A stretch of DNA of 63,768 nucleotides, filler included, from Octopus bimaculoides (Eukaryota): the NCBI RefSeq assembly GCF_001194135.2. It is 6 parts of 6 records of this genome, joined end to end, with 100 filler letters (N's around TTAATTAATTAA, not from the genome) between each part and the next. Parts side by side here need not be neighbours in the genome. Positions count along the whole stretch, not along the records: positions 1 to 30,277 come from NC_068982.1; 5 more parts are not named here. One strand, given 5' to 3'. The position numbers and the translations under genes were made by a program. Positions 1 through 13,135 of this stretch are shown here, piece by piece. Within the stretch, counting starts at the first letter, position 1; each line of letters begins with the position of its first letter. The notes below the pieces were generated by a model. It ran no database searches and had not been told where the DNA came from. It was given only the letters and a program-made list of their open reading frames with translations.

Positions 1-61
<61 letters not shown>

Positions 62-84
62 GCAACAACAACAACAACAACAAC
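1..84. repeat. (AAT)n-(AAC)n microsatellite
   Basis: Read directly from the sequence. Confidence 0.98.
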
Positions 85-290
85 ATCGAGACATAGCTTA
101 GGAATGAGAACCAAGGTTCGAAATTTCCTCAAGACGCCTGATGAAAGCTGGAGGGTATATCAGCCGAAACGTTGTGTTAACAACAAACAAGATGAGGACA
201 AATATCAGTCAAAATGTAAATAATGTAAATAATGTACATAATTCCTCATCTCTTAGATAGAGAACTGTAGCAACCTGGTATTAGTCTCAT
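85..290 (+). mobile_element. Short hammerhead-bearing repeat (Penelope terminal repeat or retrozyme-like)
   Basis: A second copy lies on the minus strand at ~38930-39082 (shared TTAGGAATGAGAAC...AAACAAGATGAGGACAAATATC). Both copies abut (AAT)n(AAC)n at their 5' end. Confidence 0.7.
133..178 (+). ncRNA. Minimal type-I hammerhead ribozyme (Penelope-terminus type)
   Basis: GACGC-CTGATGA-AAGCTG gagggtatat CAGCC-GAAAC-GTT-GTGTT: intact CUGAUGA and GAAA core, stem II GCTG/CAGC, stem I GACGC/GTGTT (with G-U pairs), palindromic AACGTT in place of helix III. Confidence 0.7.
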
Positions 291-1948
291 ACAAATAATG
301 AGATCTCAGAAAAGAGGAACGAATTGAAAACTACAGAAGTTTGTTATTACCTCTGTTAACTTTTGTCTTGTTAATCTCCTCAATGAATCTTACATAACCT
401 CGAGCCAAAATATTATAAATACTGACTAAAATTAATTAAATGGAACGTCCATATACATTATATACATCACCAGTGCTATAGTATATTCCGTAGAATGAAT
501 AGATGCACATACTAACAGTACTAGATTTTAACTTGAACGCACCTTAGGTGTAATGCTAGAGTGCTTGTCAGTGATTTTTGCCTATTCTGCAATGGAAGTA
601 CAGCATGTTGGTTCGAAATATGTAAAGTGAAAAAATGCCACTTCTGGTATTATCATAGGAATGTGTTTGGGGTTTGAAGTGTAAAGGATAATTGTTTCAT
701 ACATATTTCATCCTACATTTTATTGTATGCCAAATTTTAAAATAAATATTTTCTTCCGCAAATATTTAAAATATTTCTCAACATACGAAGTAAATTAACG
801 TGTTAATGTGCGTAATGTTACTTATTAACTTCCTTCGATTTCCGAGATTTTAGCAATAAATTTTATCAGGATATTCAAGAATATAAAAGAATTGTAGCAC
901 TGCATGTGTCTTATTCCCTATTACATATGGGGAAAAATTGATATTAAAATTCAAATAATGATAAACGTATCATTTAATATTTCAACAAGCAATAGGTAGT
1001 ATCTGGGTATTGTTTCTTGATTGCAGCGGTCTGGATATATCTATTTAATTAACCACAATTATATTTTGGACATTGGAAATCTGAACGAAGACATCAAAAT
1101 AGTGTTAGTGATTGTTGTTTTAATGAAATACTTGTTTCATGAATAACTTCGTTTTCAGGGATTATGCCGTTACACATCTCAGACCCTCCTTACTATATCT
1201 GTACCTTACATTAATCTAGTGAAGGAAAATACATTTCAGACGGAAATTATAAAGGATTAAAGGATTTATGATTGGATGTGATTTACCATAATGAAGAATG
1301 AGGAACGAGAATTTTAAGTAGATTATATTGGTGATGTATTATGGAAAATTGGTTCATAGCACTATTATAAATATTTAGAGACGAGAAGGTGACTCGAACA
1401 GTGAAAACATTTAAAAGATATACTTTACATGAATAGCATCAACTAAAATTGCAAATCATGGTCAATATATTGATATATAGATAAGAGGCGAAGGTACTAA
1501 TTAAAATAGATTTGAAAAGGCTGAAATCAACACATGATCATTGTTGACGTGGCCTCATAAGTACTCTAGACTCCATAACACGTAGAGATATGTGATTAGA
1601 TTAGAGAAACTTTAATAAAGTGACAGGAATGAAATTAGTGGAATAGGTGTGTTTGAAGTGCCAGCGGGTAAAACTTATGAAATAGCTTTTATTTTGTGCA
1701 TAATAAGTTCTTACCCTTCATACGAGGAATTTTCAAGATATATTTACAGTCTGCTAGACTCTCACAACTAAACGTGGTAGTAGAATACCCATATATCAAA
1801 CAATTTGTTGCTTGCTTAGATTTAATTACCACAGCACTATCGTACAATACCTAACCTTCAGTGCGACATATCATATATAACATTGTGCAGTCTCAGCTCC
1901 TCATTATACATATCTGTCAGTGTAATGCTGAACAATTTGTCATTGGCT

Positions 1949-1982
<34 letters not shown>

Positions 1983-2006
1983 TGTGTGTGTGTGCATGTG
2001 TGTGTT

Positions 2007-2041
<35 letters not shown>

Positions 2042-3751
2042 AATATTAGGGTCATGCAATGATAAAATGACCTAGCTGGTGCCATTTAAAAGTCCGTTAC
2101 TGGAAGTCAATTCTGAAGGAAGCTATGTTATGGAACGTATCGGTTTTGTATTAGCCTTGCAAGTTTCTTGATGTGAAACCGTGTCTTGAAAGAGTTTTAT
2201 TTATATCTTCAAATGAGCATTATGTCAATAATTACGACAAGCACAGGTGTGACACACCATATGGCACACCTTCACAACGGATGCGTGATTCTACGCTAAT
2301 AAGTTAATGGAGACCAGCGCTTGATCAAAAATACCACCACTACACATCTATAATGATTAAAGAAACACGTATCTAAACGCATGTGCATAATGTGTATTGC
2401 TGATTGATGCCTCTATGCATAGGCATCTTGTTAATAGCCTGGACGTTAAACAAGGTGTAATCTAGATCAAGTGGATTTATTAGACGGCCACTACCACTCC
2501 AAACAGAGGAAAATACACACCTGCAGTTTAGTAACATACAATTAGTGTATGAGTGTTAGGTTAGTAAACATACACTGGTGCGTTTGAAAACATAAAGTAG
2601 TATGGTAAACATAAATCTTTGTTCTGTTTGCCTTCAGAACGATGAATAATTCCATGCTATATTAATATGAATACCATGCTCAAAATTAATAAACGGCTGG
2701 CCTTGAATATTTATGCACGCAGACACACGCACAGATGCCATTATACACACTGCATATCCACAAAGGAAAACACACTAAGCATAGAATAAACGAACAAATA
2801 AATTAACTGTTAATCACAGAGAACTTTTACAGAATCTACACCAGCGCACTCACGCGCCTAAATATGTTTTCTGTAACACAAATACTCACAGAATCAACAT
2901 CCTATTCAACAGCCACGCGCGAGTACACACACACGCACGCATAAACACACGCACACACACACTTTCTCTCTGTCTCCCTATTCCTCTCTTTCTCTCCCTC
3001 CCACACACGCATTCTAACTCACATTCCCATTAATATAAATAGAGATTCTGTAAACAGTTATGAAGACAGACTAGCAGACAAACATTCAGATACACCCTAT
3101 GACACAATGGCACAGCAAAAGTAGAGAGGGCATATCATTAATGAGGATGCGAATGTCAACGAAATGAATCTGATTGTTGACAATTAGTTCTCCCTTGTTT
3201 TTATTGAGGACTATAATTGATGAAATTTCACTTTTCGCTTTCTCGCTTGAGACATCGTTAACAGAAATATATATTTTCCCAGCTAAATCGTCAAACTTAT
3301 CTGTAGGATTTTCTGTACTACAAGGGAGAATCTCCAATTATTTTTAGAGAGTTATCTTCAGAAGAAAGTTGAGGATTCATATATATAATATATATATGTT
3401 TGTACAGGCATACAAACATACACGAGAGCATGCTCGGAGCTATATTGCAAATGGGTATTATAGAATGTCTAGGAGAGCAAAAGTTATAACATTTGCATCA
3501 TGCTAAAACTTTGTAATATAAAAAAAAAACCATAATTCTAAAACAGTAGAAACTGATATATGTTTTCTCTCTTATTTCATTTCAATAATCACAGCTTCGT
3601 TTTGCTCTATGGTATCATATTTCTATTATTCCATCCCAAATGTAATTCTCATATAACTGCGAAATCGCATGCTTTGAAATGCTCTGATAACATATTTACA
3701 CATGTACGCAAAATCACAATCGCGCTTGCACACACACACTTATATGTTTGC

Positions 3752-3806
<55 letters not shown>

Positions 3807-4269
3807 CACATACCTTAGCTTTCTAGTATCCTACACAAGCAATTATAAACAAATCTCATGACAAGCACGTTCAGTGATAAGTGTCGCGTGATGAAATACA
3901 CAAAATTAGGCTTTCGGCCAAATCTGTCATTTTGTTTTATACGCCAGTAATTGTGTATTAAACTGTATAAGAATCCCATTTACGATTCACCTAATTCTCT
4001 ATGTCTCGCGAAGACAATATATTTCTAATTACATATTTTTACAAAATCGATGAAACATTTTAATAAAGAGCGAATCTGTTGAGATATTTAAAGTAATTCA
4101 ACTTCTATTCTTAAACTCACAGCAAATTTGCATTAAAGAAACAGAAACCATTTCGACATCATTATAATTTACTGACACTGAATTTCAGAGACATTGTACA
4201 TTATCAATGTTATTATATAAATTTCCAAAACATGCATTCGATATAAAGTTAATCAAGGAGAACTAAACA

Positions 4270-4720
4270 AGTTAAACCTCTTTTGATATATATTCCTTTC
4301 GTTATACGCAAAAAGAAACAGTACTTCTTGTTCTGATGTCGCGTTCATTAAGACAATCCGAGGATTGCATAATAGCTAAGAACTCAGCTATGCAGAGATC
4401 GCACTTGTTATTGTCGCAGGTGTATAGTTTAGCGTGGGTGACTATGGACGACGTATGAGTATCAGAAGTTGATCTCTTCTTTGAGTTTATGGATAAGCTA
4501 AGATACAGATGTACAGTTTTATTTTGTTGGAGACTTGAAGCTGGAGTTATACTTGCCCACTACTGCTTTGAAGGTGGTGCTGCACGAACTCATATATATG
4601 CAGTTATAGTTGGTAGCTGATACTGCGCACGTGTAAAAGATGTTTTTAGTAAGACAACAATCATTTAACAGGCGGACGATTGGGCCCCTGGAGTTGCATA
4701 GGTTGATAGGTTCATATATA
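4270..4720 (-). mobile_element. Decayed Penelope-like element, GIY-YIG endonuclease region
   Basis: Frameshifted translation CLTKNIFYTCAVSATNYNCIYM...TTFKA...YNSSFK and YTPAT..KCDLCIAEFLAI resembles the CLxxN..Y...YIG.T...FK.R...H.SSF and C-terminal CxLC..E blocks of Penelope endonucleases. Confidence 0.65.
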
Positions 4721-5201
4721 AATGTTTGTAAATTTATATATAATATATTCTATTACAGGTTTCAGCCAGAGGCTGTAAGCCATCTGAAGCATACCATCTG
4801 AAGCATGACAAATATTGCAGCCGTTGTTCTTTCGTTCCAGCCATCGCAAAAATCGACGAACAGAGGAGAGGCACAGCAAAATAAATATGAACTATGTGGC
4901 AGTATGATTAGAGGAGAAGACGCCGTTCAGTAAACTGATGCCAGATGGTTGCATCAAATAGATTTTGCGGTGGAAGCCTGAACTACAACGAGGCCGTACC
5001 AGAGGGAATGTTTACCGGTTACTTTTGTGTACCTCCTCGTATATGTATGTAAGTTCTCATGCTTTTCAGCTATTATCTCGAGGTCATGTAGGTGCAAATA
5101 CGTTGAAATACATTGGTGAACAAATCAACACCAGTACATTATTTGTAATAGATATGTTATTGGAAATGGAATAAACAAATATGGTATGCATATATATTTG
5201 C

Positions 5202-5235
<34 letters not shown>

Positions 5236-5237
5236 GT

Positions 5238-5470
5238 AAAGTGTAGTATATTGCCACTTAAGTGTGGCTGACCCCTAGGGGTGGATGTTACTGTTGCTTT
5301 TAGCCCCAGGAAGACATCTCCTCCAGTTGGCTTATCGACACACTACTGTGTCCTGTTTGCCAAGGGAAGTTATCCCTCCCATCATGATCTGTAGCACGAA
5401 CGGACCCGGGTTTCAGGGTTATTTCCCTTCGTCGGTTTGTTTTCACCTTTTCGATATCAGTGAAGAATTT
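5238..5470 (+). repeat. Interspersed repeat end flanked by (TA)n; near-identical 70-bp start at ~30855-30928
   Basis: AGTGTAGTATATTGCCACTTAAGTGTGGCTGACCCCTAGGGGTGGATGTTACTGTTGCTTTTAGCCCCAGGA is shared by both loci. Confidence 0.8.
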
Positions 5471-7621
5471 CACTGGAAAAGTAGATATAAGATTGCCAAG
5501 ATTTTGTCTCTCTCATCAATTGCTTCTATTGTCATTTTTTTTTTTAATATTTACATATTAATTTAATGCTCGCCAGTATTATGTATAGATATACTAATAT
5601 ACATTCAAATTTTTTGAGCCAATGCATTAAAGCAATAAATAACGCTCTCAAATAAAATCAAAATACCTCTAGTTAATTTCAAACAAGTTTGGAGTGATTA
5701 CTCAAGTGTCTTAGAATAATCTCACATTGTCACGACAAATAAAACGAATAGAAAATCCTTTAAGAAAAATTAAGTGCTTCGAAATATTTCGTGTTTGAAG
5801 TATCAGCATACCATTAATAATATATCCTTACGTGCTTAATGAGCTATTATGGAAAACATACGTTTTTTAATTACGGATAGAGATTCGAAATTAATTGGAC
5901 GACCTCGAAATTATATGTAATTAAAACCAAGGGTGTTTTTATTCGATGCGTTAACAGAACACCGCAGGTTAGAAATGTGTTCTAATAAATGTTAAAAAGT
6001 TAGAATTGTCTGCTATACATTTTACTGTCGGAAAAAACAACCACTGAAATAGCAAAACAATTACTTAGACTAGTTAGTCCAAATCAGTTATATATGAAAT
6101 CACGACATCTCTTCTAACTCTAGTATTGCATTTTGATCGAACTATTGGAACAAGTCTAAGTGAAATGTCATTCAATATGTCAAGAGTCATGTTAATATTA
6201 TTGTATCAATACAGTATTCACAAACGTCTTCTTGAGGCTCATGTTAAAGAGACACACTGCAATATATAATACATATAATATCAAATGTTTGTGTGAGTAT
6301 GTGTAGATGTGTTTGTGCACTGCGTTTCTATAAGTATGCCTATATTTAAGTGCGGGTGTGTGTGCTTTTCTATACGTTTATCACGTTTGTTTGGGGCCTG
6401 ATAAATGTGCGAATTCCTACTTATAACAGAAAAAAATTTCAGCATACACTCACAAGTTTCGCCTAAATCCGCTAAGCATACACATTTCAGAAACTTTATG
6501 CAGTCGTTGGATTTCGCTTATATCTCTGGCATGCCTTGCAGATATTTCGCATTGAGTTCATAGGTTTCCTATTTCTTTCACCTTTAATATGCCTTTTTTT
6601 CCCATTTCATTTTATGTTGTTATTTTGTATTTTAAAACATCTCTTCTTCGTTGTTATATAAATTTATTCGTTCAACGCAATTTGTTTCAGTTTCTTATTT
6701 TATCGTTTCCGCGTATTTGTGTGTGATGTGTGTGCGCGCGCTTTGAAAATTCTTTATTGAATTTATCAGTAATTGAGAGTTTCGTTTGCATATTGCTAGT
6801 CTCACTCTGGCTGTTTCATATTTTTACATAAAAATCCGGCCATGTCCCACTTGTGCGCAGTGTAAGTATATTCTGTTATATTCCGAGTGGTGTGGTGATT
6901 TCGGTACGCTGTCAGTTGTTTCTTCATTTTTTTTTCTGTAATTTATCAACTTCAAAGTTTTATATTGAAGTTGTATATCATAACTAGCATGGCTAACGTA
7001 TTTATAAATATTAACTTATAACTACCACAGAGGTTTGATGTTTTAAAGGATTAGTATAAATTTTCTATATATTTTCTTTCATTTCTATGTGTTTTATTTT
7101 TTAACTGAACATAACAATCGAGTGCATTTCTTCATTTTGACACTCATGTATAGACTTGCTTCCGCTACCTTCGGGCAACATAGTAATATGCAAGGTAATG
7201 GTCCAAAGTAGCCCATGTATAAGTTAAACGTAGTCGTAATTATTATATTCAATAGCATATCACCAAATGTCGCTGTACTAATAATATATAATATATAAGA
7301 GAATATCTCTTGTAGGAACGATCGTAAAATCTAGCAATAGTTTATTAGGTTTTAAAATTGTTTATCGCATATATCCTTTGTGAAGTAGATATTTGTATAC
7401 GTTGGCAATGCGAAAGTACGTTATGTTAGCTAGCAACTGAACATCAAGTAAATAAATGAAAATGTCCTGTATCGCATGTATAATAATTTACATGCACAAT
7501 AACACAAATAACAGACACAAATATACACTCATAAAAATACATGTGTATATACATATAAAAGTACACGTACAGCTTGAGTATAAACAAATATATATTTACA
7601 CACATACATAAATGCATTATA

Positions 7622-7666
<45 letters not shown>

Positions 7667-7695
7667 ACACACACACACACACACANNNNNNNNNN

Positions 7696-7870
7696 TTAAT
7701 GCGCTAGAAATAGATCACATCTAGTGTCTATTAAGACCTAAAAAGTTGTGGACAATTAATGCGCTAGAAATAGATCACATCTAGTGTCTATTAAGACCTA
7801 AAAAGTTCTCAACTTTTTAGGTCTTAATAGACACTAGATGTGATCTATTTCTAGCGCATTAATTGTCCAC
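7696..7870. repeat. Perfect 60-bp palindrome (3-nt spacer) preceded by a 52-bp direct copy
   Basis: 7748-7807 is the exact reverse complement of 7811-7870; 7696-7747 repeats the distal 52 bp of the left arm. Adjacent to a 10-N gap. Confidence 0.95.
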
Positions 7871-9190
7871 GTTAGTGGTCGACGTTATTTTTTAAAATGT
7901 AACTTAATCCCCTGAGATTGCAGATAATATTTCTGAATCTCTTTGATTCTTTAAATGTGCTGGCCCCCTCATAATTAATCGATATTAATTAATATATTAA
8001 TATATGACTAATTACCAGATCTTATAATAATATATATAAATATATATAATATATTCCCACACCCACACAAGCACATATATTCTGAACACAGACAATGTAT
8101 ACACATACATGCATAAACACACACGCAGCAAGCATAAACACACGCAACACACATGAACAAAAATGATTTTCGCCCACACACATACACTATACACATGTAC
8201 ACTGTTTGGTCACAGTGACGCACTCACACACATATACACATGTGCGCACACCACGTGAAAAATCACGCATCAACTGCGACGCACGACACACCCACATACA
8301 CACAGATAACTTACACACGTACATACACATTACACGGGCGCACACACACATATACGTTATATACGCACACGCACACTTTACACATGCACACATATATTAC
8401 ACACGCGCTCAGGCACACACACACACCTCAAACTCACTCGTCCCCATTCACATATACATGCTTACACACTCACACACACCATTTGCACATACACTCACAT
8501 ACACCATTTGCACATAAACCATTTACACATACACACCTCTCTCTTTGGGATCACCTTGAATTATCTCCCCTTCATTCAACCTCTCTTTATTATTGTCTCC
8601 CTTTCATTCAACGTCTTTTTTTCCAATCAATTGCCATTTTAGGTCACTGAACTAAACACGTTTTATTTTTCATACTCCTTCTATTTATTTCCTCTTATTC
8701 CTCTCTGTCGGAGAGTGTAGACTCGAAATGTAAAAGACTTTTCCATTTTCGAGTGTCAAACTATTACATTTACTTGTTATTTCTACACCTATTTTCCACT
8801 TTTTTTTATAAACTTGAACTATATATATATATATATATATATATNNNNNNNNNNNNNNNNNNNNNNNNNNNNNNNNNNNNNNNNNNNNNNNNNNNNNNNN
8901 NNNNNNNNNNNNNNNNNNNNNNNNNNNNNNNNNNNNNNNNNNNNNNNNNNNNNNNNNNNNNNNNNNNNNNNNNNNNNNNNNNNNNNNNNNNNNNNNNNNN
9001 NNNNNNNNNNNNNNNNNNNNNNNNNNNNNNNNNNNNNNNNNNNNNNNNNNNNNNNNNNNNNNNNNNNNNNNNNNNNNNNNNNNNNNNNNNNNNNNNNNNN
9101 NNNNNNNNNNNNNNNNNNNNNNNNNNNNNNNNNNNNNNNNNNNNNNNNNNNNNNNNNNNNNNNNNNNNNNNNNNNNNNNNNNNNNNNNNN

Positions 9191-9224
<34 letters not shown>

Positions 9225-9225
<1 letters not shown>

Positions 9226-9760
9226 CATGGGAAAATACGAGCATGAAAAATTTTATTCTAAAGATTATAGACCTGGAAAAGTATAGGACAGGTTATTACA
9301 CCTGTAAAAGTATAGGACAAACTATTACAAATAGTAATGTAAAGAATAAGAAACTTTTTGCTGAAAATATTGCAGCAAAGAATGCCTGTTCTTCTAATTT
9401 ATCACCCTTTAAATGTATTGTACAAAACTGTTCAGCTAAGTTGTCTAATGGCAGTGCTTCTTACCATGTTGTTGCTTGCACCATGGCCTACCAAACGTTA
9501 CAAACAACAAGACCCCAAGACCATGAGGTAGCAATCAGCCCCTTTTGCTATCATTCCTAGTGCACCTATGACAACAGGTATTGTTTTAGTCTTGAGATTC
9601 CACATTCTGCTAATGTCTATTTCAAGATCTTTGTACTTGCTCAGTTTTTAGTAGGTCTTGAGAGAGACATTTACGTCTATTGGGACAATAACCTAATTTA
9701 GCAAAATTAAATCACAGGAATTCATTCAACGAATAAAAATAAATTCTCAATGATTCCAGG
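9225..9760 (+). mobile_element. Possible Penelope-like linker/GIY-YIG remnant
   Basis: KNFILKIID...YYTCKSIGQTITNSNVKNKKL...NACSSNLSPFKCIVQN resembles the YSCM.NI..II..HN.KIL...C.C..CPL...CL..N linker. Highly degraded. Confidence 0.4.
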
Positions 9761-10258
9761 ATTGGTGGAGAACCGCACATCATTTTTTTCCGAACCAAAA
9801 TAAGGAATTTGCAGCATATTGGGCCAGGGTACTTGATTCCACGCAAAAAATCAATGTTTTCTTCTTAGTGAAAGTCATGCGGGTGTTAATAGAGAAATTG
9901 ACCAAAATGTTGTTCTTTAGCCTCACATCAATCCTGATACTGCAAACGTTTCATCAAAGACATTCCAGCCTTTAGAAAACCGTCTTTTTAGAGATAATCT
10001 AGGACATTACATAAAATGCGTGTGCGATTTTGGTAGGGGGATATTTGACTGCAGTTTTTTGCGTGTCGAGCGACTAGGTGGAGTCTCTTTCATTGGTTCG
10101 ATTGCGTGATGAAATTTTTTTACACATATATATAATATGTATATATATATATCATCGGCAGAAGTTTTGATAGTAAGTCAAAAGCTGAGAGTTTCGTGTA
10201 TTAGCACTTATCAAACATGAATTTGTCCATTGTCACTCTGTAACTTCTCACGAAGTAA

Positions 10259-10690
10259 CTTCTAAAATACAAAATTTTGTCAAAAACGTTAAGAGTAAAC
10301 CCTGTTCTATGTGACACATTCTACCAGTATCGGAAGTTTGAAAGTATTTATTTTTAAAAAAATGTTTAAATAATCTATACGCCTAATTGAATACATCTGA
10401 AATGGATGAAAGGCAAAGTCGACCTCGGTGGAATTAGAACTTAGAACGTAAAGACAGACGAAATACGGCTTCTAAAATACAAAATTTGTCAAAAACGTTA
10501 AGAATAAACGCTGTTCTATGTGACATATTCTACCAGTATCAGACGTTTGTAAGTGTTTAGTTAAAAAAATGAATTAAATAATCTGTACTTCAAGGTCCAC
10601 CTCGGCGAAATTTGAACTCAAATCATAAAGATAGACGAAAAACGCTAAGAATTTCGCTCGGCACGAACGTTTCTGCCAGCTCGCCGCCTT
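10259..10690. repeat. Diverged ~210-bp tandem duplication including a SINE fragment
   Basis: TCTAAAATACAAAATTT.GTCAAAAACGTTAAGA.TAAAC.CTGTTCTATGTGACA.ATTCTACCAGTATC occurs at ~10261 and ~10470. Confidence 0.85.
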
Positions 10691-11720
10691 AAAATGCAAA
10701 CTCTTTCTTTTAGAAATATATTCTTTACACTTATTGCTTAAGCGTTACTTCTTACTTCCTTACTTACTGACATTAAACTTAGTAACNNNNNNNNNNNNNN
10801 NNNNNNNNNNNNNNNNNNNNNNNNNNNNNNNNNNNNNNNNNNNNNNNNNNNNNNNNNNNNNNNNNNNNNNNNNNNNNNNNNNNNNNNNNNNNNNNNNNNN
10901 NNNNNNNNNNNNNNNNNNNNNNNNNNNNNNNNNNNNNNNNNNNNNNNNNNNNNNNNNNNNNNNNNNNNNNNNNNNNNNNNNNNNNNNNNNNNNNNNNNNN
11001 NNNNNNNNNNNNNNNNNNNNNNNNNNNNNNNNNNNNNNNNNNNNNNNNNNNNNNNNNNNNNNNNNNNNNNNNNNNNNNNNNNNNNNNNNNNNNNNNNNNN
11101 NNNNNNNNNNNNNNNNNNNNNNNNNNNNNNNNNNNNNNNNNNNNNNNNNNNNNNNNNNNNNNNNNNNNNNNNNNNNNNNNNNNNNNNNNNNNNNNNNNNN
11201 NNNNNNNNNNNNNNNNNNNNNNNNNNNNNNNNNNNNNNNNNNNNNNNNNNNNNNNNNNNNNNNNNNNNNNNNNNNNNNNNNNNNNNNNNNNNNNNNNNNN
11301 NNNNNNNNNNNNNNNNNNNNNNNNNNNNNNNNNNNNNNNNNNNNNNNNNNNNNNNNNNNNNNNNNNNNNNNNNNNNNNNNNNNNNNNNNNNNNNNNNNNN
11401 NNNNNNNNNNNNNNNNNNNNNNNNNNNNNNNNNNNNNNNNNNNNNNNNNNNNNNNNNNNNNNNNNNNNNNNNNNNNNNNNNNNNNNNNNNNNNNNNNNNN
11501 NNNNNNNNNNNNNNNNNNNNNNNNNNNNNNNNNNNNNNNNNNNNNNNNNNNNNNNNNNNNNNNNNNNNNNNNNNNNNNNNNNNNNNNNNNNNNNNNNNNN
11601 NNNNNNNNNNNNNNNNNNNNNNNNNNNNNNNNNNNNNNNNNNNNNNNNNNNNNNNNNNNNNNNNNNNNNNNNNNNNNNNNNNNNNNNNNNNACACATATA
11701 TACATATGCATGTGTGTGTT

Positions 11721-11779
<59 letters not shown>

Positions 11780-13058
11780 TTTGTATGAATTACAATATAC
11801 AATATTCCTGTAATAAAACAAGTAATTTTTATTTTGATATAGGAAAATATAATAATAATAATGATCTTTTTTTAGAAATGTTTAAAGTTATATTTAATTT
11901 TATAGTAGAAGGTATTCTAAATATTTCTAGCATTATAGTTTCTAAGCATTGAATTATAAACGTATCTGTATAAAGTAAATTATTTCCACTGGAAATAAGT
12001 ATTTTTTATTTATTTATATATAAAACTGAGTTTGTATTTAAATTATTCTTGGATAAATGATATTTATTGTTCACTAAATTAAAACATTCTTTGTAAATTA
12101 CTTTTGTAAAATTATGTCTCTTTTATTCTTCCGCAAGCATAAATGCATATAAATATTGCGATAAGATTTTTCCTTTAAAATCCAAGGAAGCAGTCTGAAT
12201 ATTAATTTTTATTGTGAAGCTTTTTAGTATGTAAAAGAGTAACTATCAAAAGGACTTTATGAAATCCTTATGATTAAATTTGTTTTGGATAACTTCTTAA
12301 TTCAGCTTATATTGAATTTTTACGGTAATATTGTTATTATCATATTATTTTTTAGAAAGTTCTTTCTTATATAAACTAAGTAAATTTTAATTATTAATCT
12401 TCAACTATTGGTAATGGGTATTGTAAATAATTAATGTAACCTAATTGATAATATTATTTACTATTTGACTTAGAGATGATATAGTATTTTGAATATATTA
12501 TTTTGCAACTTACCAATAGATAATGAGCGTATTGTAATTAAAACGTATTTTGATATGAAAGAATGAAAGGGATATTTCTTATTTAACCATGGTCTTTTTT
12601 CAATAGCTTTTTCTTTTATTTTCTGTTCTTGTTATATAAAAACTAATACACTAAGATATATTTAGATCACAATACTTAATAGCACACAATTATATTTTAA
12701 GGCTGCTATGTTAATTTATTTCTTCTTTTTTATCTTTGCTTTCGTCTTTTTAATTAATAACGCTCGCGCTTGTAAACAAATACATTTAAATTCAGTCTTA
12801 TTAGATATGTGAATCCTAATATACATAAGAAATTTCACTGAGGAGATTCTTGGCTAAAAAAACAACGATTTTTATAATTATATTTTGGTCAAGAACTGAA
12901 GCATTTGTATGTGATTTATATTCAATACCTATTATTTATTAAAATGTATTATATTGTAAAACTATGAGAAATTAATATAACATATTATTATGCTTATAAA
13001 TTTTAATTTTAAATTTTTGAATTGCCAATCGTTATACATCTCTATTTTCTATTCATTT

Positions 13059-13135
<77 letters not shown>

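Noticed and set aside
8700-8740. Hammerhead-like GAGT-GTAG-ACTC-GAAAT-GTA (similar faint matches at ~1130-1165, ~6735-6775 and ~23480-23510)
   Set aside because: Core boxes carry several mismatches; plausible old Penelope-terminus relics but not supportable individually.
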